Below, in pieces: positions 1-9,509 of a DNA stretch of 45,114 bases. Both the position numbers and the translations under genes were made by a program. Position 1 is the stretch's first letter. Each line of letters begins with the position of its first letter. Source of the DNA: Opitutales bacterium (lineage in GTDB: Bacteria; Verrucomicrobiota; Verrucomicrobiia; Opitutales; JABSRG01); assembly GCA_049599475.1 (NCBI GenBank), contig JBMYOQ010000032.1, forward strand, positions 1 to 45,114. The letters are read 5' to 3'. The notes beneath the pieces were generated by a model, which had not been told where the DNA came from, made no database searches, and was given only the letters and a program-made list of their open reading frames with translations.

Positions 1-54
1 TCGCTTCAATTATTGTCTGGATGCGGGGGTAATTTGAAGACAGCCCCTAGTATT

Positions 55-3000
55 TTAATCTCTCCAATAATTATCTCTGTCAGGTCGAGATCCACCTAAA
101 GTTCTATTATAATAATCAAGACGATCTGAGGCTGACATATCTGGAGCTATACCGATTGAGTCAATGTGATTCACATGATCAAGATACCAATTAGTAATCG
201 CATCTCCTGCAAGGTCCATAGCGTCTAAGCCAAGTTGTATGTCACCGACAATCGGGAGAATACCTATTTTGTCGACAGAGTCTCCCTGAGCGGCATTTGC
301 ACCGCCGAGGATTGTAGCCCCGGCTACCGCATACCTTAGGAACGGTATCCTTTTTCCAGTATTTGAGATCCAGCTTTTCCCCGTTTTCTGAACTTTTTGA
401 AAACTAGCTTTACCCTTCGACTGATACCATTGTTCTACAGCGCCTGGCCCTCCTCCAACAGCATTGTTGAATCCCTTTATAAACTCATTGTCGGTGCCAG
501 TTTCTAGATGATCGACAAAAGCTTCTGCTAACTTCTTCTGTTGTTTGGAGCTCATATCTCCAACCTCAGAAGTCTTGAGCTTGTTGTCCTTAACATATCC
601 TTCTTTGAATTTCTCAAACTCTGCATCAACTTGAGCAGTGTAGCCAGTTAACCTGCCGTGCCTCTTGTAGTTGTGATCTTTCGCATCAATATTCGCTTTA
701 TCAAATACCTCCTGGGCCTCTTTGCCGAAACCTTGTTTGTCCCATAATTCCACCGGGTTCAGATGGTGGCCTTTCCCTTTTACCGTGTGATCAGCACCTG
801 TAACTCTCCTCAGCCCTTTCGGATCGAACATGGTCCACGGGTTTTGGACTACGTAAGTGTAAACATTCGGGCCGTCTACAAAGCCTAGGGGATCTCGGGT
901 GATGAAGACTCCGGCTTCTAGGTCGCGGTAGCGGAAGCCTTCATTGAGGAGACCGGTGGGGTCTTCGTCTTTGGTGTTGGCGCGTTGGCGGTCATCGTTG
1001 GTGCCGACTTCGGCAGTGCGTTTGCCGAAGGCTTCGTATTGGGCCTGCCATCCGATATCACCGAGTGGGTCGGTTTTTGCGACGACGTCTCCCCGACTGT
1101 TGTAGTGGTTGAAGGCTGGTGTGTCGGACCGGAGCGTGTAGAGGATACCTCCAATTCCGCCGCCGTAGTCGCTGCCTCGGATATACTCGACTTCTGGCGA
1201 TGATGATACGGTTGTTGTATGCTCCTGGACGGAGGTGCCGCCCGAGAATGAGAGGATCGTTAAGTCGCGGCCGGGGATTGCGCTTTCGTCGCGGACTACG
1301 CGTCTGAGACGTTGGTCATAGGCATAAGTGTAGTTTCCAGCGTCGGCTGTTCCGGTCTGGTAATCTAGAGCGACCAGGCGATTGTCATAGTCGTAGGTGT
1401 AAGTGTCGGTGTGGGTGCCGTCGCTCCGGGAGCTGCGGTTACCATTGGCATCGTAGGTGTAGCTTATATTTTGAGTGCCGTCCGATAGCGAGACGAGCTG
1501 GTTGCTGTTTGCTGTGCTAACGCTGCTGCCGTCTCCGAAGGTATAGGTCGTAGTAGAGTCGAGAACGGTGTCGATGTAAGTCCGTTTGGCAGTCCTATTG
1601 TGAGCGTTGTCGTAATCGTATTCAGTGCGGTTTGTGGCACCTCCTGAGATTGCGATTTCTTCAGCGTCGAGGCGATAGGTATCATCATAGGTGTTTGTGA
1701 TGACACGGTCGGTCAAATTCCCTAGAGGATAGAATTCTTCAATCTGCCGAACGTTCGACATTTTGTCATAAGCGTAGTGATATTCGGCGAAGGCTTGGAG
1801 TGCTGCTGGAGCGGTGTTGGTCGAAATCTCCTTGCGGCCGAGTATATCGAATTCGCATTTGATGAGGACGCCATTGGGGAGCGTCTTCTCTACGATATCG
1901 CCAGCGGGGTTGTAGCGGTACTGAGTAAGGCGTGTGCCATCGGTTAGGGTTTCGAGACGGTTGAGTACATCATATGTAGAAGCGATTACTCGTGACGTTT
2001 CCCCATAGGTGGTGTCGCGACGATTTCCAGCTTTGTCGTAGGTATATGTGTGCGTGACGCCGGCAGAAGTTTCTGTTTCGAGGCGATTCAGCGCATCGTA
2101 GGTAGAGCCCACTGCGCGCAAGGAGTCTATCTCGTTGGGGTACGTTACCGAGAGGATATTTCCATTGGCATCGTACGCGTAATCGCGGTTGTCGATATCG
2201 CGCCCGGTGAATAGGACGTGCTGGAGCCTGTTTAGCTCGTCATATTGATAGGTGGTATACTGGCCTATTTCATCGGTACGGCCATACATGAGGAGCGCAT
2301 TGTAATGAGATACGTGAGTGCGCTGGAGATCGGTTCCGATGTCCCAAATGGTGTGCGTCTTTCGTGAAAGGCCATCATAGCGAAAGGCTGTTTGCGCGCC
2401 TGCGCCATCGGTGACATGTGTTTGGTTGCCGATATCGTCATACTCGTATGCTACGAGAATGTCATCCGTATTGGGACTCCCTTCAATGGTCGATGGCTGA
2501 CCTGTAACCGGATTTGTCGCTGTGGTCGTAAGTCGATTTAGGGCATCGTAGAAATTTACGGTCAGGTTTTGCTCTGAGTCTGTGACTGATGTGATATTCG
2601 AATTTTTATCGTAGGTCGTCGTGGTGACTAAGGCTTGAGCACTCGCCTCTCCGAAGACGGGAACAGGGGCGGTCGTCGTGCTTCTTGGTCTATTTGCATT
2701 ATCAAACTCGATAACGGTCGTGAGGCCTCGAGTATCGGTGGTACCGATAACATTCCCTACCCCATCATAGTCTGTGAGCGTGGTTGGTCGGACGAGAGGT
2801 TGTGCGGGATCTGAGTAGTCGACAACGGCTGGGGCTTCTTCTTTTGTTTGGCGGTTTCGAGCATCGTAGGTGTAATCCCAACGATGACCGCGCGGATTGA
2901 TGGTCGCAGAGACATTGGAGGCCGCATCGTAGATCGTTTCGGTGAGTGGAGAACCTACCGATGTATCGTCTACCGGCTGCCGGTTGATGAGACCTGTATC

Positions 3001-6000
3001 AGGATCGGCCTGCCACACTTTAACTGGCCGCCCAGCCGAATCGTACTCCGTTTCGGTATGGTTGCCACGTGGATCGATTGCCAAATACGCGAGCCCGGTA
3101 CTCGAGTAGCGTGTGCTGGAGATAGTCTCTAGGGGAGTTTCGAATGCATCGCGAATTTCAATGACTCGACCCAGGCCGTCACGGGTCGTCTGTGTCTTCT
3201 TACCTAATGGGTCGAAGCTTTTAGAAGTGAGTGATTCCTTATCATTTACGATCGCGCCATAAGAAGTAGAAGAAAAGGCTGCCAAACCCGGCGCGTATTC
3301 AACTGTTGTATTCTTCTCTCGGTAGACCTTGTCATACACTATCGTGGTGGTGAATGTTTCAGTGCCTAGATTGGTGTGAAAAGCATCGTGCTGTATAATT
3401 TGAGTCGGTTTAAAACCTTCGCTTGCGAAGGCGCTAGCGCCCGGGTTTCGAAAATCTTCGTAAGAGTATTCCGTGTGGGTTCTCTCTGTAGATCCAGATA
3501 TCGCAGAGTTTCCGACTATCTCGTCTCCATTTCCGTCGATTGCAGTATCTTCGTAATTTGTATAGGTGTGCGTAAGCCGTTGTAGCTCGTCATAGAAATT
3601 CTGTGTGACGATTCCGCGAGGATCGGTGACGGATGTCAGCGAATTTGCTCTATTGTAGGTATAAGATGTTACAATATCTGCGGCGGTGATCTCACCTCGA
3701 TTATCATCTGCCAGGATCTGCGGCTCAAAATCGAAGGGAATGGAGGGCAAGCCCTCACCATCCATGTCTACAATCGTTCGGATTTTTCGGCCGAGATCAT
3801 CATAGTGATGCATGGTATGCCGGCCCTCTTCATCGATTTCGAGAGCTAGGTTTCCACTGTAATCGTAGATGTATCTCACGAAGGCTACGCGCTCCATCGT
3901 ATATGTCCCCGCGAGAGGATAAGTGACTTTTACCAGTCGATTTAACTTATCGTAAGTAAAGGTCGTGGTATGCCCTCTGGGATCGGTAACAGAGGTGCGA
4001 TTACCATTCGCATCATATTCATACGCTGTGGTCAGCGCGAGGCCATCTGGATCGACAATTTCCTGTTCAACGCGGCCAAGAGTGTCGGGAACGTATTGCG
4101 TAATTAAATCTACCTCCCAAGGTTGGCCGCTGATATTCTGATAGGCCTCGACTATCTTTCGGGTCATGAACTTTGGAAAAGTACCACTTCCGAAAATATA
4201 GTCTTCATCACTCAAGGTAACTCCTAATATGTCTTCAACCGTCTTGTCCGTCCGCCTTCCTAGGCTATCGACCTGAAATCTGGTCTCCGTGCCAAATTCA
4301 TCGACAATCTTAGACATGACTCGATAGTTTTCCGAGTAGTCGTAAGTAGTGACGCGTCCAAGAGCATCGGTCATACTGGTCGGGTCCGACCATTTGCTCA
4401 TCATGTCCGGGTAGGTGGCAGTCGATATACGTGACCCTGCACCAGTGCCACGGCCATCGTCAAACGCCCATTCTGTGGGATTGCCAGAGAAATCATTGAT
4501 GCTCTTAAGGCTCAGTCCCGAATTAGGATCGAAGGTAAATGTCTCGGTACCAATAGGCGTCTCCCCTTCATAGATACTACCATAGTAGTCTACGACCATT
4601 GTCTCGTAATAGAGGAGCCATTCACTTGAGCTGCCCGTTGAGCTATCTCCATAGGTGATATTTTTGTCTATAATCTCTCCGCCTACATCTTCAAATGAGT
4701 AGACTGTATAATTCCCCTCGGCATCCCTAATAATTGTCTCAACATTCGAAGCAGTGAACTTAGGACCGAACTCAAGAGACGTGTTTCCCTTAGAGAAAAA
4801 ACTCTCCTGCCCATGTGGAAGCGTTACCGCCTTGACCAATCTGGGTAGTCCATAGGTCTTATTGTAGTCAGACTGACTGCTAGAACCATCGTCTCCGTTG
4901 ATTTCCTGCAGCCTTTCATCAATTTCGTTCTGAACGTTCGCAGGTAGATGATTTATCGACACAGGAACATACACGGGACCACCTCCGCTTGCCGAGTAAC
5001 TGCTAACCGTTTGGTTTAGCTCATACTGAAATACATAGGAGTTTCCACGCTTATCTGTAATCTCTCTGATATTACCATGGAAGTAACTCGTTGGTGAGTC
5101 TGGATTCACCTCATCCGACTCCTCAGCGAAGCTGTAATCGTACTGCTTAGAGGTGCCGTCCGGATAATCGACCGATACGAGTTTCGTCACGTCATATCCA
5201 GCAAACCCTGTTTCGGTCACAGCAAATTCTGCTTCGGTCACATAATTAAACTCGATGGTGTTACCGCGCGGGTCAGTAATAGAATCAATCCTTCTGCAAT
5301 CGTCACTTCGCGAAATAGTGATGCTTTGACCTGGATAGTCATCAGAGCTAATTAAGGTTGGTATTAGTGAAACGGATGAGCCGCCATAGTCATATTTAAG
5401 AACGTTGCCAAACCGGTCTTGTACTCGAACCAAGCGCCAATAGGTATGCTTTTTTGTACTATCGCCGCCGTCCAGACGGTTAGAAGAATAATGGAACCAA
5501 GCATCCGTCGATTCATATGTAAGCGTGTTTCCATATTTCTTATGAAGTACGAGGTTGCTCCCCACTCGTTCTAAACGGTTTTCAAATGTCTTAGCATCCA
5601 CTAATGATGAAGGCCAAGGGAAGAATTTGCCATCGGCATCAATCCCGAATCGCTGAGAATGGCCATTTTCATCGACAACGTTGACGCTCAAAGGAGCTGT
5701 CATAATCCCGGACCCTAAGGTTTCTACTTTCTCGATATAAGAGCATATATTAGAACTCCACCCCGCGCCGAAGGGAAGCGTCAGGCGCTCATGAGGCCTC
5801 AGGCCTGAACGATCTGTCCAACTCAATTCACTTGCAGAGGCAGTCACGCTAAGCGCCAGCTCACTTGAGGCAAGGGGAACATAGACGTATGAAGTATCAT
5901 GCCGAAGGCTGAGATCGAATGCATCGATATACGTCTCTTCGCTCTCTAAGTCCTTTTCATCTTCTTCCTGCGGTTTCTCATCAGAAATAGGACGACCATT

Positions 6001-8310
6001 TAGAGCAATTTTGCGATAGCGCGGACCTACTGAATCTCTGCCAGAATAGCTTTCCGACCAACTTGTACTGGCGATAGGGATCAGGTAAGCTGTCTTGCCT
6101 GAGAAGGTATCAATTTGATCATCTGGAGCAGTTACATTAACGACTCCTAAAAGCCCTTCCGGGTCAATTTCTAAAAATCCAGAGGAATTGACAGTCGCGG
6201 TATAGTCATAATCAAGCTCCTTGTCCGCGGCCGTTGCGACGTGTTCGAGAGAAATCTCGTAAATCTGACCACCATTTAAGTTAACAGAGAAAGGCTCAGC
6301 GCCTCCAAAAGATTGAGAAATCACCCCTAGGTTCCCAATGTTTAATCTCCATCTCTCGGACTCGGATTCAGAATGATCACCAATCAATCCACTTACGGTA
6401 TACCCTCCACCGTACGAATAACATAGACCAACTGCACCATCATCATCACAAGCAAGCTCCCCAATATCACCGCAAGCAAGCTCTTCAATATCCGGACCGT
6501 TAAATTCCTCTGCGACAAAAGGAATACTCTCAGGGTCGGTGGGATCACTTCCATTTGCTATTTCGAAACCATCGGGATAGCCATCATGATCAGTATCCAA
6601 CTTATCAACATCTGAACCGTAAATGAATTCTGTGATAGTATCCGCTCCATCAAGATCCGGATCGATGACGAGGTCATCCGGAACCAATGGATTCAGATTT
6701 TCTTTACCGTATTCGTCAATATCAGCGATTAGATCACCATCGGTATCCCAGTATTGTGGATCCGTACCGGCTTGAAACTCCTGTAGATTGGTGAGCCCAT
6801 CCTCATCTAGATCCAATCCTGCATCGGAGGCATCAAAAGGGTCGAGTCCCGCATTCAATTCCCAAACGCCATTCATCCCATCCTGGTCTCCGTTTAACAC
6901 GTCCCATTCGATGATGAAGCGCTGAGAGCCATCGGTGACAAATTCAACGTAATGCCTCGTGTTACCTTGGTTTAAGACTTTGTCTAACTCAGTGGCTTCA
7001 TCTGATTCGTATATTGGTATACCATTCTGGGTTATTCTCTTAAGATATAGGCCAATTCCTGAGTCTTCAGTATATTCAACAATTCGCGCTGTTGACCATG
7101 AAAACTCCTGTCCTCGTGAAAACCAATTATCACCGATCCAACTCGCATTCACCGTGAGCTTCAGACGCCCTTGAAAGTACAACGAATCGACAATAACCCG
7201 AACTCTATCTAACTCCAATGCGTCTGTGCCGCGAAAGAATTCGGTAAAGTTGTCAAAGCCATCGGAGTCTTCGTCTGATTTCCCATCGAATACTAAATCG
7301 GCGAACAAATCTCGTTCCCAGTCGTCCGGTAGAAAATCGAAATCGGTATCAAGCCATGGAGTCATAAACACACTGAGAGCGCTTTTAACATCTTCCTCTT
7401 CCGTCTCTTCTGAGTAGGCTCGAATGAATGTAGGTGCAGCAAAGGAGCGCTTGGCCGGCTCACTTGTAGCGATGGCACCATCTGGATTAAAAATCCTAAA
7501 GCTTGTATTGCTGTGCTGGGATTGAAGATGAGTGATCAGTGTATCAGGATTTACGACAAATCCATCTTCCTTCTCGAAAATCGTAACGACCATATAGTCA
7601 CCTGGACCTGGCAATTCGAATTCGTAAAGAAACTTGTAGCGGTAGAGGGGACAAATTACATTCGGCGGTGAAATTCGCTCCGAGACGTAGGGCTCCACAC
7701 TCCCAATATCTAACTCAATAGCGTGATCGACAAACCCGCCGAAAGTATCAGATGTGTCCAAGGTAGACATATCCACCACATATATTTGAGGAATAGGAAA
7801 ATCTTCCTCATTAAAGAACTCAGCGATCCCATCGGGGTATCCGCTTCCCTCACGATAGTCTGTGGGTATTTGGATAACCCCGGAACCAAATAGAATCTCT
7901 AGATCAAGCTCGACCGTGTTGGATGCGATCGAATAACCCATTTTATCGACAAATTCAACGGCACCAGGGACAGTTATTGTAGATTCCACAAAGCGCCCAT
8001 CCCATGAAACTAAGTCAACGATAGTCTCCTCGTCCTCATCTCCGTCGCCTGGGATAAGAGTCGGTCCATCAGGACCTATCTCAAATTCAACAACAGTTCC
8101 GTCGCAAAGCGTAAACGTTGAAATGCCTGGACCGTCATGGAAGCTGTCGAGATTTGTATAACGATCTCCGGCACATTCTCCTTGTAGAACATATAGAGTC
8201 TGCACACCATCGCCCACAACCAGGTTAAAATCGCGAAAACTGAATGATTCAGTGTCTGCAAAGACAACGCTTGTCCAAAACAGGAGAGATATAAAAGACC
8301 GTCTCAACAT
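55..8310 (-). CDS. Signal-peptide-bearing Rhs/YD-repeat polymorphic toxin with N-terminal DxDxDG (TSP3-like) repeats and a putative HNH-superfamily (GHH/AHH-like) nuclease tip
   Basis: 2751-aa ORF. Begins MLRRSFISLLFWTSVVFA (signal-like). DxDxDG repeats at about 7210-7350 and 6530-6895. DUF6531-like PFGAGWS at 5755-5775. Many YD repeats (YDANGNRTSVTDPRG, YDKLNRL). Canonical core end RDPLGFVDGPNVYTYVVQNPWTMFDPKGL, with DPKGL at 811-825. The 251-aa tip contains GHHLNP and H-x4-H-x5-Y. Confidence 0.93.
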   Translation of the reverse strand: MLRRSFISLLFWTSVVFADTESFSFRDFNLVVGDGVQTLYVLQGECAGDRYTNLDSFHDGPGISTFTLCDGTVVEFEIGPDGPTLIPGDGDEDEETIVDLVSWDGRFVESTITVPGAVEFVDKMGYSIASNTVELDLEILFGSGVIQIPTDYREGSGYPDGIAEFFNEEDFPIPQIYVVDMSTLDTSDTFGGFVDHAIELDIGSVEPYVSERISPPNVICPLYRYKFLYEFELPGPGDYMVVTIFEKEDGFVVNPDTLITHLQSQHSNTSFRIFNPDGAIATSEPAKRSFAAPTFIRAYSEETEEEDVKSALSVFMTPWLDTDFDFLPDDWERDLFADLVFDGKSDEDSDGFDNFTEFFRGTDALELDRVRVIVDSLYFQGRLKLTVNASWIGDNWFSRGQEFSWSTARIVEYTEDSGIGLYLKRITQNGIPIYESDEATELDKVLNQGNTRHYVEFVTDGSQRFIIEWDVLNGDQDGMNGVWELNAGLDPFDASDAGLDLDEDGLTNLQEFQAGTDPQYWDTDGDLIADIDEYGKENLNPLVPDDLVIDPDLDGADTITEFIYGSDVDKLDTDHDGYPDGFEIANGSDPTDPESIPFVAEEFNGPDIEELACGDIGELACDDDGAVGLCYSYGGGYTVSGLIGDHSESESERWRLNIGNLGVISQSFGGAEPFSVNLNGGQIYEISLEHVATAADKELDYDYTATVNSSGFLEIDPEGLLGVVNVTAPDDQIDTFSGKTAYLIPIASTSWSESYSGRDSVGPRYRKIALNGRPISDEKPQEEDEKDLESEETYIDAFDLSLRHDTSYVYVPLASSELALSVTASASELSWTDRSGLRPHERLTLPFGAGWSSNICSYIEKVETLGSGIMTAPLSVNVVDENGHSQRFGIDADGKFFPWPSSLVDAKTFENRLERVGSNLVLHKKYGNTLTYESTDAWFHYSSNRLDGGDSTKKHTYWRLVRVQDRFGNVLKYDYGGSSVSLIPTLISSDDYPGQSITISRSDDCRRIDSITDPRGNTIEFNYVTEAEFAVTETGFAGYDVTKLVSVDYPDGTSKQYDYSFAEESDEVNPDSPTSYFHGNIREITDKRGNSYVFQYELNQTVSSYSASGGGPVYVPVSINHLPANVQNEIDERLQEINGDDGSSSQSDYNKTYGLPRLVKAVTLPHGQESFFSKGNTSLEFGPKFTASNVETIIRDAEGNYTVYSFEDVGGEIIDKNITYGDSSTGSSSEWLLYYETMVVDYYGSIYEGETPIGTETFTFDPNSGLSLKSINDFSGNPTEWAFDDGRGTGAGSRISTATYPDMMSKWSDPTSMTDALGRVTTYDYSENYRVMSKIVDEFGTETRFQVDSLGRRTDKTVEDILGVTLSDEDYIFGSGTFPKFMTRKIVEAYQNISGQPWEVDLITQYVPDTLGRVEQEIVDPDGLALTTAYEYDANGNRTSVTDPRGHTTTFTYDKLNRLVKVTYPLAGTYTMERVAFVRYIYDYSGNLALEIDEEGRHTMHHYDDLGRKIRTIVDMDGEGLPSIPFDFEPQILADDNRGEITAADIVTSYTYNRANSLTSVTDPRGIVTQNFYDELQRLTHTYTNYEDTAIDGNGDEIVGNSAISGSTERTHTEYSYEDFRNPGASAFASEGFKPTQIIQHDAFHTNLGTETFTTTIVYDKVYREKNTTVEYAPGLAAFSSTSYGAIVNDKESLTSKSFDPLGKKTQTTRDGLGRVIEIRDAFETPLETISSTRYSSTGLAYLAIDPRGNHTETEYDSAGRPVKVWQADPDTGLINRQPVDDTSVGSPLTETIYDAASNVSATINPRGHRWDYTYDARNRQTKEEAPAVVDYSDPAQPLVRPTTLTDYDGVGNVIGTTDTRGLTTVIEFDNANRPRSTTTAPVPVFGEASAQALVTTTTYDKNSNITSVTDSEQNLTVNFYDALNRLTTTATNPVTGQPSTIEGSPNTDDILVAYEYDDIGNQTHVTDGAGAQTAFRYDGLSRKTHTIWDIGTDLQRTHVSHYNALLMYGRTDEIGQYTTYQYDELNRLQHVLFTGRDIDNRDYAYDANGNILSVTYPNEIDSLRAVGSTYDALNRLETETSAGVTHTYTYDKAGNRRDTTYGETSRVIASTYDVLNRLETLTDGTRLTQYRYNPAGDIVEKTLPNGVLIKCEFDILGRKEISTNTAPAALQAFAEYHYAYDKMSNVRQIEEFYPLGNLTDRVITNTYDDTYRLDAEEIAISGGATNRTEYDYDNAHNRTAKRTYIDTVLDSTTTYTFGDGSSVSTANSNQLVSLSDGTQNISYTYDANGNRSSRSDGTHTDTYTYDYDNRLVALDYQTGTADAGNYTYAYDQRLRRVVRDESAIPGRDLTILSFSGGTSVQEHTTTVSSSPEVEYIRGSDYGGGIGGILYTLRSDTPAFNHYNSRGDVVAKTDPLGDIGWQAQYEAFGKRTAEVGTNDDRQRANTKDEDPTGLLNEGFRYRDLEAGVFITRDPLGFVDGPNVYTYVVQNPWTMFDPKGLRRVTGADHTVKGKGHHLNPVELWDKQGFGKEAQEVFDKANIDAKDHNYKRHGRLTGYTAQVDAEFEKFKEGYVKDNKLKTSEVGDMSSKQQKKLAEAFVDHLETGTDNEFIKGFNNAVGGGPGAVEQWYQSKGKASFQKVQKTGKSWISNTGKRIPFLRYAVAGATILGGANAAQGDSVDKIGILPIVGDIQLGLDAMDLAGDAITNWYLDHVNHIDSIGIAPDMSASDRLDYYNRTLGGSRPDRDNYWRD

Positions 8311-8315
8311 AGCGA

Positions 8316-8567
8316 CTACTTCTTAACAGGTGTCCAATCATACCAAATGTCGCGCGACTGTGAATGAAAGCCGTCTAACTCTTCAGTGATATCACGACCG
8401 TCAATTTTCACACCTTTGATCGACTTAGGCCTCTCCTTAGTCAAAGGAGGATTTGAACCTACTTTAAAGGGAGTGAACACCTGGGCATTCAGGCTTAAAA
8501 ACAGAAGGAGGAATGCAATAATGGCTGCACCCGTAAGTACAAAAGAATTTTTACTTAATGTTCTCAT
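8316..8567 (-). CDS. Small putative secreted or membrane-anchored hypothetical protein (83 aa)
   Basis: ATG start, basic N-terminus, hydrophobic stretch and LNA|Q-type cleavage site. Lies 1 nt after the upstream stop and 5 nt before the Rhs ATG. Confidence 0.65.
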   Translation of the reverse strand: MRTLSKNSFVLTGAAIIAFLLLFLSLNAQVFTPFKVGSNPPLTKERPKSIKGVKIDGRDITEELDGFHSQSRDIWYDWTPVKK

Positions 8568-8568
8568 G

Positions 8569-9504
8569 TTAATTATTGATCAACTTTTTCGCCCAATAAC
8601 GAAGGTTCGCGTGTGTTGTCGTGCTCAAAAAGCTCTGTAAGCCAGCGTTTACATCCGCATGCCATGTAGTATTCATCTTCAAGGCACCAAGGACCGCTAA
8701 CTGAATACCAACCGAAGGTTTCGGCTCTTCACTAAGAATAGCCACGGCTATGCGCGTGCTATCTAGGTCGCCAATTTCTCCCAGGACTTGTATCGCGCTG
8801 ATTCTGGATGCTTCGGAGTAAGTAACATCCTGTGCGATGATTGTGGCGACATTTTTGACAACCGAAAGCTCAAAATCTGGGCTCGTTGTGTAGAGGTAAA
8901 CTAGGTTGATAAATGAAGTCCCGCATAATGCGTGCTTTTCAAAAAGGCAATTTGCGAGGACCGACTGAAAAGCATCTCTGAGTTCCGGCAAATAATCTGG
9001 GCTCGCGCCCACCCAAGTCCGTTGATAAAAGTCTACGAAGTATTGCAAAACATATTCTCGCCAAATCAAGGATTGCGTGGTGTCCAACACAACATAGAGC
9101 ATCAACTCGCCAACCAAGAGTGGGTCCTCATCGCTATCTATGTATTTTACTAGTAAATCATTTTTGAGCGAGTAGCTTGATAATTCTCCGAAGGAGCTCG
9201 ATTGTATTGGTATATTATTTGAGAGAAAAAAGATGATGGCGGAGTGGTCTGCAGGACTCAATTCCTCGAATTCGATCTCACTCGCGATCTTGGCCCGAGT
9301 TATATAATCTGTAGAATTTTTGAGTAGCAATCGAATGTCTTCCGAAACGGTAATCGGATCAATAGACGGCACCTCAAAGGTATTCACAAAGCTCACACTT
9401 GGTGGTGGGTCCCCGGCTAATCGAGCTGTTACAGTTTCTCTGAAAACAGATCCATTGAGCAGGGATGCGCTCAGAAAGAATAAATATGCATATATAGTTT
9501 TCAT
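8569..9504 (-). CDS. Putative secreted all-helical protein with a C-terminal HEAT-like repeat region
   Basis: 311-aa ORF with signal-like MKTIYAYLFFLSASLLNG. HEAT-like motifs SRISAIQVLGEIGD and IQLAVLGALK. AGGAG upstream of the ATG; 5-nt gap to the previous gene. Confidence 0.75.
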   Translation of the reverse strand: MKTIYAYLFFLSASLLNGSVFRETVTARLAGDPPPSVSFVNTFEVPSIDPITVSEDIRLLLKNSTDYITRAKIASEIEFEELSPADHSAIIFFLSNNIPIQSSSFGELSSYSLKNDLLVKYIDSDEDPLLVGELMLYVVLDTTQSLIWREYVLQYFVDFYQRTWVGASPDYLPELRDAFQSVLANCLFEKHALCGTSFINLVYLYTTSPDFELSVVKNVATIIAQDVTYSEASRISAIQVLGEIGDLDSTRIAVAILSEEPKPSVGIQLAVLGALKMNTTWHADVNAGLQSFLSTTTHANLRYWAKKLINN

Positions 9505-9509
9505 AGCAG

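Noticed and set aside
6151..6165. Second DPEGL motif in the Rhs N-terminal region (and DPDGL within the shell) as extra autocleavage sites
   Set aside because: They lack the preceding RDPxG..G.N.Y.Y...NP protease context, and such a short motif arises easily in an acidic protein.
8305..8567. The 83-aa ORF as a frameshifted N-terminus of the Rhs gene
   Set aside because: The Rhs ORF has its own ATG and signal-like sequence, and the small ORF ends in a clean TAG 5 nt earlier.
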